Origin: a virus
Taxonomy: Duplodnaviria > Caudoviricetes
Reading direction: 5' to 3' (one strand)
IMG/VR virus record: IMGVR_UViG_3300025154_001556
DNA length: 64,000 bases
Part shown: positions 28,464 to 36,772 of the stretch, one piece after another
How the letters are laid out: the number at the start of each line of letters is the position of its first letter
How positions within the stretch are numbered: the first letter of the stretch is position 1
Made by a program: the position numbers and the translations under genes
The notes under the pieces: model-generated
Told to the model about the DNA's origin: nothing
What the model saw: the letters and a program-made list of their open reading frames with translations, nothing else
Databases searched by the model: none

Positions 28464-29240
28464 CTACATCCATACCCCAGACATATCCAAAGAGCGGCCT
28501 ACCGGATTAGCAATCTGAATAAGCTTTCTTAAATTACAAGAAAAGGAGTTGCCGTAACTTCCATTTTGAAGCTTTGTAATAAAATGTGTAGATTCTGGAT
28601 AGCGTTCAACATACAGTGCCAGTAGATCCCCCATAAATTCCTCACTATTTAAATTAGCGAACATTTCATTACAGGCCGTAAAATCACTGTCTTCAAAACC
28701 CCAAAAGCTACCATCAACAATGGCATAGTCATAAACAATGTCATCTTGTGTACGTCTTACGCATACCACCAATACATCTAAAATGAGGTCCTCTGCCACG
28801 CCCACTTTCATTCTGCGAGGCAGTATATCTACTGCTTTAACGTGCTCAGGATAGATAGAGGCATTTGATAACAATTTTTTACTGTTGCCTTTAACCGACT
28901 TAATTTCAATAGCTACCTTAGCGTCCAAAGACACGATATCAAAAGCACACTGAGATGGCATAACCTGCCATGTAAATTCTGGGAACATAGAAGAGATATA
29001 CTTTCTAAGCCTCTCAGAATTTTTATCTACACTGCCATTAAAAGTCCATGATCTGTCAGCGGCAGACAGCCATTCAGCACACACCCTGGCTACGGCTAAT
29101 TTAAGGGGGTTATTGCTAATGGTTATTCTAATATTATTTTTAGGTTCTTTGTACACCTTATTGTGGGTTGCTTCCATTCCTAATGCTGAGTTAACTAATA
29201 CAAAACTATTTCCTTTTCCTTGTGCTTGTTGCATACTCAT
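28464..29240 (-). CDS. PD-(D/E)XK endonuclease, NgoPII-like
   Basis: FDIV....AIEIKS......L.SN.S.YP; family assignment from memory only. Confidence 0.5.
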   Translation of the reverse strand: MSMQQAQGKGNSFVLVNSALGMEATHNKVYKEPKNNIRITISNNPLKLAVARVCAEWLSAADRSWTFNGSVDKNSERLRKYISSMFPEFTWQVMPSQCAFDIVSLDAKVAIEIKSVKGNSKKLLSNASIYPEHVKAVDILPRRMKVGVAEDLILDVLVVCVRRTQDDIVYDYAIVDGSFWGFEDSDFTACNEMFANLNSEEFMGDLLALYVERYPESTHFITKLQNGSYGNSFSCNLRKLIQIANPVGRSLDMSGVWM

Positions 29241-29253
29241 AATTAAAATCTCC

Positions 29254-29442
29254 TTAGTTTAAATCTAGGCCTAATGCTACTGTGGCTAATTCACCACCAC
29301 AATCGCAGAGTAATTGGCTGCCAAAAACTTTTGTATCAAGTACTTTTTTTGCGCCACAATTTTTACATACGTAATTAAATAATCTTAAATTAGCCACTTC
29401 TTTTTTATCTGCTGCTTTTTTTCTACCATTTTCTTTATACAT
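29254..29442 (-). CDS. Small zinc-ribbon protein
   Basis: CKNCG...CDCGG. Confidence 0.6.
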   Translation of the reverse strand: MYKENGRKKAADKKEVANLRLFNYVCKNCGAKKVLDTKVFGSQLLCDCGGELATVALGLDLN

Positions 29443-29952
29443 TTATTCTTCCTCTGGCATCATATCATAAAATGCTGGATCTACCGATAATATATAAGCG
29501 GCTGACATACCCAGCGCTTCTTTATTTTCGTTTGCTAACCAAACATACTTAGGTTTATCTGCCCAAATTCTAAGACGTTCTTTAATTATACGTCTAGCGA
29601 AATCTTGCTCAATAATCAACGTTTTAAATTGATTGCTGTATCTACTTCTAATATATCTGAGGTAACCGCTGCGCATAAGAGCCCATATTAAAGATATTTT
29701 CCACTCATGCAGTAAATCTTCGGTGGTTACATAAACTATTCGATATCCATTAAATCTAGTATCTATACTATCATCGGTTAGTTTATAGTTTACACTATAA
29801 ATACCGTTAATAACTACACCAAACATTGGAATAGCGATGTAAAAAGACGATTTGTTTGTTGTAAAATCTAATCTATATGTTAAAAATAGTGCTTTTAGTA
29901 TAATTTCAACTTCTGTGGCTAATGCGTCAATATTCATAAAATTTACCTGCAA
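29443..29952 (-). CDS. Hypothetical protein
   Basis: ORF track. Confidence 0.6.
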   Translation of the reverse strand: MQVNFMNIDALATEVEIILKALFLTYRLDFTTNKSSFYIAIPMFGVVINGIYSVNYKLTDDSIDTRFNGYRIVYVTTEDLLHEWKISLIWALMRSGYLRYIRSRYSNQFKTLIIEQDFARRIIKERLRIWADKPKYVWLANENKEALGMSAAYILSVDPAFYDMMPEEE

Positions 29953-29993
29953 TTAGATAGGGGCTTATAAAGCCCCCATCCATTTATAGATTA

Positions 29994-31931
29994 TTAGCAA
30001 TCATCAGAACATGGTTCAGTACAAGAGCAGCCATCGTTACAAGCGATTATTTGCTCCATCTCTTTTTCAACCACAGCAAAGGATACTTTACCCTTTTTAT
30101 TGCTTACCTTAATAGTAACGTTCTTTTGTATATTATCATCCGCTAACAATTTTTTAGCTAACGGTGTAGCCACTTCACGTTCTATGGTACGTTTTAAAGG
30201 TCTAGCACCGTAATCCGGGTCTATGCCTTTTTCGTAAACAAATTCTTTTACTTTGTCGTCGAATTCGAGCCAAAGTTCTTTATAGTCAGTGTCGTTAGCT
30301 CGTAAATTATCATTTAGTTTATACAACTCAATATCTATGATACGCATAAAGTCTTTCTTATTTAAAGACTTGAAGTGTATAATAGCATCAATACGGTTAA
30401 GAAACTCCGGTTTAAACTTATGCTTTAAAGCTTTGTCCAAAGCAGCTTCTTTTTTATTCTCAGTAATCTCAGCCACACTACCAAAACCAATTGTTTTTCT
30501 GATGCGTTCTACTTCATCCACACCAACATTAGAGGTCATAATAACAATGGTCTGATTAAAATCAACTGTTTTACCCTTGCCATCAGTCAGCCTTCCTTCT
30601 TCAAGAATTTGAAGGAGTAGTTCATGTACTTTCCTAGAAGCTTTTTCAACCTCATCAAATACAATGACACTAAAAGGGCTTTTCATAACAGCATTGGTGA
30701 GAAAACCGCCAGCCTCATGTCCAACGTAACCACTTGGAGAGCCAATTAGTTTAGCATACTCATGATCTGCGGAATACTCAGAACAGTCAATGTTTATTAA
30801 ATTATCTCTTCCTTTAATAAGCTCATCAGCTAAAACTTTGGTGGCCTGTGTTTTACCTACGCCAGTTCTACCAGCAAATAAAAAGGAACCAATAGGCTTA
30901 TTTGGCGCTTTAAGGCCCACACTGGCACGTTGAATAGCCTCGGATAATTGATCCACAGCCTCATCCTGACCAACCAGCATGATTTTCATATTATCTGCGA
31001 GATTTAATAAGTCTTCCTTAGGTAAATCTCTAAAAGATTTCTTCTTCTTTTTGTTACCATTAGCGTACTGCCCCATGGAACCAGAGGTGGCTGTCTTTTT
31101 TTTGCTACCACAAGAGCCACCACAAGAATCGTCCTCTTCTTCTGGTTCATCTGAAAGCGCGTGTGCATTTTCATAAGTTAGAAATGTATTACATGACTTA
31201 CATAACTCATAAAGTTCGTGCATCAGTAGCGGAGGTGCTACCCGTTTTGGTATACCCATGTCATCTAACAATGCGAACAATTCTTCAAAGCCATCTACAC
31301 AAAAAGAAACAACAAAGGTAGAAAAGCTTGTCCTATTATGAAAATATCTGTTCTTTAAAATAGCCTCAGCATCTTCCGAAGAAAAACGTTTAATCTGGAT
31401 ATACTGCCCAATACGTTTCCACCATTTTTGTACAATAGCGTATGAAAGTTTATTTAAATCTGTATTGTTTTTAGTACTATTAGTATTAGTTACTTCTGTT
31501 GTTGTCGGTCTCTTAAAAGAGTCAACTACTGGTGGTTGATCCCAAAATTTAGTATCTGTGAGTACCTTAATGTCTTCCGGCATGTTTTTAATTTTAAGCT
31601 TTATGACATGGTTTCTATTTATCACTAAATTTTCTGGGTTCAACTTAGGATTATGCTCTATAATGGCGGACATAACCTCTGATCTAACAACCAGTAGATC
31701 TTCTGTTTCAAAGTTATCCCCTGCCAATTGAAATAGTAGTTGGTTTATATTAGCCACACAGGTAGCAATAACATAGTCTTCATACATCCCTTTTGAAATC
31801 TGGCCTTTCTCCTTAGTTAAATAGGCTAATTTATCTTCAATTTCCCCTTCTGGTAGTTGAAGCACAAGAATTTCAAAATCATTTGCCTTTTTGATTTTAA
31901 CTCTAAACACTTGGTAGTCGTTTTTAGACAT
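29994..31931 (-). CDS. ClpA/B-family AAA+ ATPase with only the D2 module and an unrelated N-terminus
   Basis: VGQDEAV, RASVGLK.PNKPIGSFLFAGRTGVGKT, IDCSEY, LIGSPSGYVG, VFDEVEKA, KPEFLNRID, YGARPLKR. Confidence 0.9.
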   Translation of the reverse strand: MSKNDYQVFRVKIKKANDFEILVLQLPEGEIEDKLAYLTKEKGQISKGMYEDYVIATCVANINQLLFQLAGDNFETEDLLVVRSEVMSAIIEHNPKLNPENLVINRNHVIKLKIKNMPEDIKVLTDTKFWDQPPVVDSFKRPTTTEVTNTNSTKNNTDLNKLSYAIVQKWWKRIGQYIQIKRFSSEDAEAILKNRYFHNRTSFSTFVVSFCVDGFEELFALLDDMGIPKRVAPPLLMHELYELCKSCNTFLTYENAHALSDEPEEEDDSCGGSCGSKKKTATSGSMGQYANGNKKKKKSFRDLPKEDLLNLADNMKIMLVGQDEAVDQLSEAIQRASVGLKAPNKPIGSFLFAGRTGVGKTQATKVLADELIKGRDNLINIDCSEYSADHEYAKLIGSPSGYVGHEAGGFLTNAVMKSPFSVIVFDEVEKASRKVHELLLQILEEGRLTDGKGKTVDFNQTIVIMTSNVGVDEVERIRKTIGFGSVAEITENKKEAALDKALKHKFKPEFLNRIDAIIHFKSLNKKDFMRIIDIELYKLNDNLRANDTDYKELWLEFDDKVKEFVYEKGIDPDYGARPLKRTIEREVATPLAKKLLADDNIQKNVTIKVSNKKGKVSFAVVEKEMEQIIACNDGCSCTEPCSDDC

Positions 31932-31944
31932 CTAGTTGTCTCCT

Positions 31945-32985
31945 TTACTGTTTACGGTATAAATGATTTCCATAACTTATAACAGCAACAGCTTGTTTAT
32001 AAGTAAGTTGATTCATAGCTGGGATATTATTAGTATCCATAGTGTTGGCTTCAAAAGCTGCCAACGCCAAGTCTTCATATTTAACTCCACGTAAGTTTAG
32101 AAGCGCATCCAAAGCGGCTAACTGAACATCCGTAATGCCCCCTACCGGACCACCATAAGAAGGTTTAGTGCTCATTTGGGGTATATTAGAACTATCACTG
32201 GTGGGTGACGGTATCTTAGGCATCACATCCATAACTTTTTTAACTTGATCAGGCACTTGTTCTTCTTTTAAATCAACCGGCGGCGTGGGAAACGTATTAG
32301 GTGGAGCAGTCGGCTTTTTATTCTTACGTTCTGATAAAGATAATTGTACCACGGGTGGAGCCATTTCTTGTTTAACGGGTGGAGCTGTCTCTGGCCCAGA
32401 AGAAAAAACTGTCGTGGGTGGCATAGTAAAAGTGCTTTCTGTAACTGGTGCCTCTTCTTCTTCCTCTGTCCTTGATAAACTAGGTGGCGCAAAAGTTGGA
32501 GGTATATCGCCACTTTCTTTATATCTTTCTAAACTAGGCGGCATAATTGTGGCGTCTCCATCATCAGCAGAATTATATTCCTCATCTGTCCAATGATCAC
32601 CTTCTAAATAAAGCCCTACACCATAACGTGTGCAGGCGTTTCTAATTGCTGTGGATAACGCACTTTTATATGAGTTGCCGATATCAATAATCTTGCCCTC
32701 TTTGGGGCCACTACTAAATCTGGCTACGGCCGAACTACCATAACCTTCATGACAAAAACGTTCTCTGTCATTAGGTGCTACTTCCACCGTAACACGCACA
32801 ACAATAGAATCTTCAACTATCTCACTCGATAAAACCCTAGTACTCCAACGACCTTTAAATACTTTATTCATTCTATCAATGACATCAGTGCTAGGTATAT
32901 ATTTAAATTGTTGGTTACCAACACCTTTACGTGTTCTAAGCTCAAAACGCTCGTACAATTGTTTTAATACATTATCATCTACCAT
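31945..32985 (-). CDS. Rad52/Rad22-family (Sak-like) single-strand annealing protein with Pro-rich linker
   Basis: FKYI....VIDRMNKVF.G.WS.....HEGYG....KSA.STA.R.A....GVGLYL. Confidence 0.82.
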   Translation of the reverse strand: MVDDNVLKQLYERFELRTRKGVGNQQFKYIPSTDVIDRMNKVFKGRWSTRVLSSEIVEDSIVVRVTVEVAPNDRERFCHEGYGSSAVARFSSGPKEGKIIDIGNSYKSALSTAIRNACTRYGVGLYLEGDHWTDEEYNSADDGDATIMPPSLERYKESGDIPPTFAPPSLSRTEEEEEAPVTESTFTMPPTTVFSSGPETAPPVKQEMAPPVVQLSLSERKNKKPTAPPNTFPTPPVDLKEEQVPDQVKKVMDVMPKIPSPTSDSSNIPQMSTKPSYGGPVGGITDVQLAALDALLNLRGVKYEDLALAAFEANTMDTNNIPAMNQLTYKQAVAVISYGNHLYRKQ

Positions 32986-33034
32986 TACAAAATCTCCTTT
33001 ATCGTATAACTGCTTTTATTACTCACATGCTTAT

Positions 33035-33063
33035 AGTATATAACATTAATCAGTTTTCGTCAA
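33035..33063 (-). promoter_or_regulatory. Sigma70-type promoter
   Basis: TTGACG-17 bp-TATACT on - strand. Confidence 0.65.
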
Positions 33064-33214
33064 CAACTTTTATAACTGACTTGCATTTTTTGTCGCACTT
33101 GCATTCTTTAATGTATGGTACTTTGCCAGCTTCTCCTACTGAGTTTTCAATACCACCGTATTCACCTGAGATATGACAAGCACATTCATCACTACATTTA
33201 CACTCATCTGACAT
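33050..33214 (-). CDS. Small Cys-rich protein (54 aa); true start 33214, not 33286
   Basis: GGAGG RBS before ATG 33214; the longer start overlaps the tRNA. Confidence 0.55.
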   Translation of the reverse strand: MSDECKCSDECACHISGEYGGIENSVGEAGKVPYIKECKCDKKCKSVIKVVDEN

Positions 33215-33235
33215 ATTATTACCTCCAATATTTTT

Positions 33236-33306
33236 TGTCCCGTAGAGGAATTGAACCCCTTTAAGCGAGTTTAGAGTTCGCCGCAACGCCTGTCTGCCAA
33301 CGGGAC
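33236..33306 (-). tRNA. tRNA with CUA anticodon (amber suppressor type)
   Basis: GTCCCGT/ACGGGAC acceptor, A73; D arm with GG; GCGAA-CTCTAAA-CTCGC anticodon arm; AGGGG-TTCAATT-CCTCT T arm; CCA not encoded. Confidence 0.85.
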
Positions 33307-33307
33307 T

Positions 33308-33904
33308 TTATGCTGTAATATTTTTGATAGCACTATAATGGTTCCAGATTTCTAAATCAAGTTCGGCGACCGTTTTATTGTATTTATATGCTAGTTTAAC
33401 AAATTCTTGTTCTAATTGCAAGTATTTTCTTTTGGTAGGTGTTGCTTTTGGTGCATCAAACCCCATAAGGCGCATAAATTTAAGTATATGGGTATCTAAC
33501 CCAGCGCAGTTTGCGTTCTTTCTACTATGTATAATAAAACACCTGGCTGTTTTCATTCCTATGCCGTGTATTTTTTCTAAGTCTTCTACGGCGCACTTTT
33601 TTAAATCCAACCCACAACAAGCCAGAGCTATAAAAGTTTTGGCTTTATTGTTATAACAACCTATGCCACAAGATCGTAATAGGTTATCTATACCGTGGAG
33701 CGGGGTACCTACATTGTTAGCAGCATAAGTAAGTATAGCATTAAATGGGGTTTCATCATTATGTGTTATTTTATTGAGCAATGTTTCTAGGCAACGTGCT
33801 GCTGTCTTACCGTTCTTTCCAGCAGCACATACCCAGAATAGTAGGCTCTCTTGTAGTTGAGCCGTAGTTTGATTATAGTTTGTTATGTTGTTTGGATCAA
33901 TCAT
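33308..33904 (-). CDS. HhH-GPD DNA glycosylase-like protein (Ogg/Nth-like)
   Basis: LEKIHGIGMKTARCF, LDTHIL.FM, KY..LE..F, DL..W. Confidence 0.75.
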   Translation of the reverse strand: MIDPNNITNYNQTTAQLQESLLFWVCAAGKNGKTAARCLETLLNKITHNDETPFNAILTYAANNVGTPLHGIDNLLRSCGIGCYNNKAKTFIALACCGLDLKKCAVEDLEKIHGIGMKTARCFIIHSRKNANCAGLDTHILKFMRLMGFDAPKATPTKRKYLQLEQEFVKLAYKYNKTVAELDLEIWNHYSAIKNITA

Positions 33905-34191
33905 AATAGTTGTAACTTTTTAAAAACTTTATCTTCGGCTACTGCTGCTATGGCAGTTAATTCATAGTTCATATCAGGCTCCCTAAAACTCTTCCAGGCC
34001 ACGCCAATCAAATCTAACTTATCACCCCAGTATTTAAGTATATCTTCATTCTTGACTTGCAGATATATTAAAGTGCCGTTGGTCCAAGAGGTTTTATAAT
34101 TAAGTAAATATTCAGCTAAGGCGTGGCCTGCTTGTATGGCCTGTTGTATTTTAGTTAAATCTTTTCTAACAAGCACATACATCTTTTTCAT
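33901..34191 (-). CDS. Pth2-like peptidyl-tRNA hydrolase
   Basis: KMYVLVRKDL....AIQAGHA, L.V.NE..L, FREPD..ELTAIA. Confidence 0.75.
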   Translation of the reverse strand: MKKMYVLVRKDLTKIQQAIQAGHALAEYLLNYKTSWTNGTLIYLQVKNEDILKYWGDKLDLIGVAWKSFREPDMNYELTAIAAVAEDKVFKKLQLL

Positions 34192-34474
34192 ATTGCTTCA
34201 TCACCTCCTCCAATAAATTACTATACGGCGGATTGTAATTAGGTGATCCTGGTACCTCTATTTTTTCCATAGGAGTACCATGTAATAAGCAATATACAAT
34301 ATGTTTATATCTAAACTTTTCTTTAAGTTTGTTTAAATAGCACAGCTCTAATGTGTATTTATTATATATATTAGCACGTTGTGCTTCTTTGTAGCTTAAC
34401 CTGGTTGATCGTATTGAGCTTGCCAATTGTTTAAGTTCTGCTTTAAGTAGCGGCAGTTTTGTTTTCCGTGACAT
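34166..34474 (-). CDS. Hypothetical basic helical phage protein
   Basis: AAGGAG RBS; FRY.HI.YCLL.G...E.IE; overlaps the Pth2-like start. Confidence 0.7.
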   Translation of the reverse strand: MSRKTKLPLLKAELKQLASSIRSTRLSYKEAQRANIYNKYTLELCYLNKLKEKFRYKHIVYCLLHGTPMEKIEVPGSPNYNPPYSNLLEEVMKQYEKDVCAC

Positions 34475-34481
34475 AATTATT

Positions 34482-34577
34482 CTCCTTTAATTTGATTAAT
34501 AATAAATTAATTAGTTTAATATCAAATTAAAAGTCACGGTGGTGCTCTGGCCTACGTCCAAATCATAGTTGTCCTCC
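34482..34577 (-). promoter_or_regulatory. Leader mini-ORF MIWT-UAG-ARAPP-UGA plus a 13-bp stem covering the downstream SD
   Basis: GGAGG (34577-34573), 6 nt, ATG 34566; TAG 34554-34552; TGA 34536-34534; CTTTTAATTTGAT (34533-34521) pairs with ATCAAATTAAAGG (34496-34484), overlapping SD AAGGAG (34487-34482). Confidence 0.7.
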
Positions 34578-34581
34578 TATA

Positions 34582-36003
34582 TTATAGGTCTATTGGAAAT
34601 TTTTTTAATGTTGTTGCTGTATACCCGCGCCAATCACCGGCGTATACTTGCCCATTATACTTCATGTATTCATACATATCAGTGCTATTTAATTTATTAA
34701 GTAATAATTCAGCGTCCACAGTAAACTCACTAAGAACTAAACCTGATCTAACAAGGCTATTATCTAATTCAGAGGTTAGAATAAAGTTAGGTTTATCGTT
34801 TAGAGCAGATGTAACTATACACCGCCCTCCAAAATTGCGCAAGCCTTGTTTTCTGCCAAATTCAAACCATTTATATCCCTTACTTTTACCCTTGTCCCTT
34901 TTTAAAAGTTCCTCCTTATGGTATAAAAGATATTTATATGTTTCAGGAAATCTTGTAGCAAATTTATTCTCATCCAAACAAGTTAAATCAGGTAGGTAAG
35001 GAAATATAATTTGATACTCTGTGTTTATTATGTCTGCTTCTGTTTTTACTACTGATAATTTTACAAGTTTTTTTACTGCTGTTTTTTCAATTTTAAAATT
35101 ATCTACATAAATATAAGTATTATCTACTTTATCTGGTTTTAAAACAAATATGTTGTCTCGTAAAGTGGCAATACCGCCTGTAATTTTACATACATCCCCT
35201 AATACTGCGTTTTTAGTGTTTTGTATTACTATACCATTGTCTACAAACATGTTTCTGTCTATGGCATAGTCATTACCATATAAATTATAGGTAAATGTCT
35301 TATCTATGCTAAACAAATCTTTATTTTTTACCATATAAAGTATGGCAGTATACGCGCCGCATGAAAACTGTTTAGTAGAACCATGGTCTTTTACATAAAA
35401 CACATAATTAGTTATATTATTTCTTAAATTACGGCCGGCCTTAGATCTAAGATATGATGATGGTGTTATTAATGCAACCACACCACCTGGTTTTACTAAC
35501 TCTAAAGCCCTTTGTATAAAAGCATAGTATATATCAGTTGCGCCATTAGCACAGACGGTATAATTATTTTTTAGTAAAGGCCTATATGAGTCATCTAAAT
35601 TTTGTAGTCTTATATAGGGCGGATTACCAATTACAATGTCATATGTATTTTTTAATAGTTTTTTTGTAAATAGGGCATCGCTTTCAAGTATTGTTGGGTG
35701 TATAGATAGATTTGAAAAAATATTTCTAGCCTCGATAACAAAAGTAGTGTCCTTCTCAACAAGTGTTACCAAATTAGCTGCTTCATCAAGAGGCATCCCG
35801 TATTTTGCTGACAACATACCAATAAAATAATAAGCAAACACACCAGTGCCTGCCGCCAAGTCTAAAATACTTGGGCACTTTTTTGTGTCTAATAAGTTCA
35901 AAGCGGTGGAGCACATTTCTTCTACAATATTTTCTGGCGTGAAATGTGCCCCGGATAACTTTCTAAACTCATCAGTTCTTAATATATCTTTGTAAAAATC
36001 CAT
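34582..36003 (-). CDS. N6-adenine DNA methyltransferase, gamma class (TaqI/Eco57I-like)
   Basis: HFTP, ILDLAAGTGVF, VIGNPPYIR, DIYYAFI, C-terminal TRD-like region. Confidence 0.9.
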   Translation of the reverse strand: MDFYKDILRTDEFRKLSGAHFTPENIVEEMCSTALNLLDTKKCPSILDLAAGTGVFAYYFIGMLSAKYGMPLDEAANLVTLVEKDTTFVIEARNIFSNLSIHPTILESDALFTKKLLKNTYDIVIGNPPYIRLQNLDDSYRPLLKNNYTVCANGATDIYYAFIQRALELVKPGGVVALITPSSYLRSKAGRNLRNNITNYVFYVKDHGSTKQFSCGAYTAILYMVKNKDLFSIDKTFTYNLYGNDYAIDRNMFVDNGIVIQNTKNAVLGDVCKITGGIATLRDNIFVLKPDKVDNTYIYVDNFKIEKTAVKKLVKLSVVKTEADIINTEYQIIFPYLPDLTCLDENKFATRFPETYKYLLYHKEELLKRDKGKSKGYKWFEFGRKQGLRNFGGRCIVTSALNDKPNFILTSELDNSLVRSGLVLSEFTVDAELLLNKLNSTDMYEYMKYNGQVYAGDWRGYTATTLKKFPIDL

Positions 36004-36008
36004 ACCAG

Positions 36009-36683
36009 TTAAAGTGATTCAATATATGTAGTTAATGACACTGATCTGGGCACGTAAACACTTGTTGTATCGATATAAACAGAAGAGTCAAGTTGTCTAT
36101 AAGGAACAAGTACTACATTTACACCTTTACTTAACAGCGACAAATATCTAGCTCTAGAGTGCACGTGTTCTGGATCATTGAGATCCAGAAAAGCCATAAA
36201 AGTAAAGTAGTTTCCGACCACACCTGTTCTGTATTCCATAAGTTTATTATATTGTACATGCCTACCTAATATATCTCTAGCCATATTTGCACTATTTTTA
36301 GCGAGGCTTTGTGTTGCTGCTCTAATTTCTAAACCATGGATAGGAGCTATGTCTAAAAGATCATTATAGTAATCTTCTTTATTCATATAAGTGGCATCAA
36401 CAGTGATTGTATCTTGACTTACAAATCCACCGTAGTTAAACACGTGCTTAAAGGTTAAGTCTGCCTTAGAGGAGGTGCCCTCAGTATGCACACGGCGCTT
36501 ACCCTTAGCTAAGTACATATATCTACAAGCTTGATAAACTTTATATAATTTTGTATCACTTCGTTGCGCATTTTGCCCTGAATAATTTTCAAAAAATTCA
36601 AACATACCTTCTAACCCGCGCTCAAAATTGGCCACAAGGTCCTGTGTAGAAACTTCTTTTGCTATCGCTAATTCTCCAGTCAT
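36009..36683 (-). CDS. Hypothetical protein
   Basis: ORF track; GGAGG-like RBS; own promoter. Confidence 0.65.
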   Translation of the reverse strand: MTGELAIAKEVSTQDLVANFERGLEGMFEFFENYSGQNAQRSDTKLYKVYQACRYMYLAKGKRRVHTEGTSSKADLTFKHVFNYGGFVSQDTITVDATYMNKEDYYNDLLDIAPIHGLEIRAATQSLAKNSANMARDILGRHVQYNKLMEYRTGVVGNYFTFMAFLDLNDPEHVHSRARYLSLLSKGVNVVLVPYRQLDSSVYIDTTSVYVPRSVSLTTYIESL

Positions 36684-36734
36684 GTTAAAAAACCTCCTGT
36701 CTAAAATTAATAATTCATTGCCTTAATTATGGGT

Positions 36735-36763
36735 AGTACAGCACATGTACAATACAATGTCAA
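36735..36763 (-). promoter_or_regulatory. Sigma70-type promoter
   Basis: TTGACA-17 bp-TGTACT. Confidence 0.6.
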
Positions 36764-36772
36764 CAACTTTTA

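Noticed and set aside
33236-33306. Calling the CUA tRNA tRNA-Pyl
   Set aside because: The loop matches, but the body has two nucleotides between acceptor and D arm, D-loop GG, TTC and a 5-bp anticodon stem, unlike tRNA-Pyl; no pyl genes in the window.
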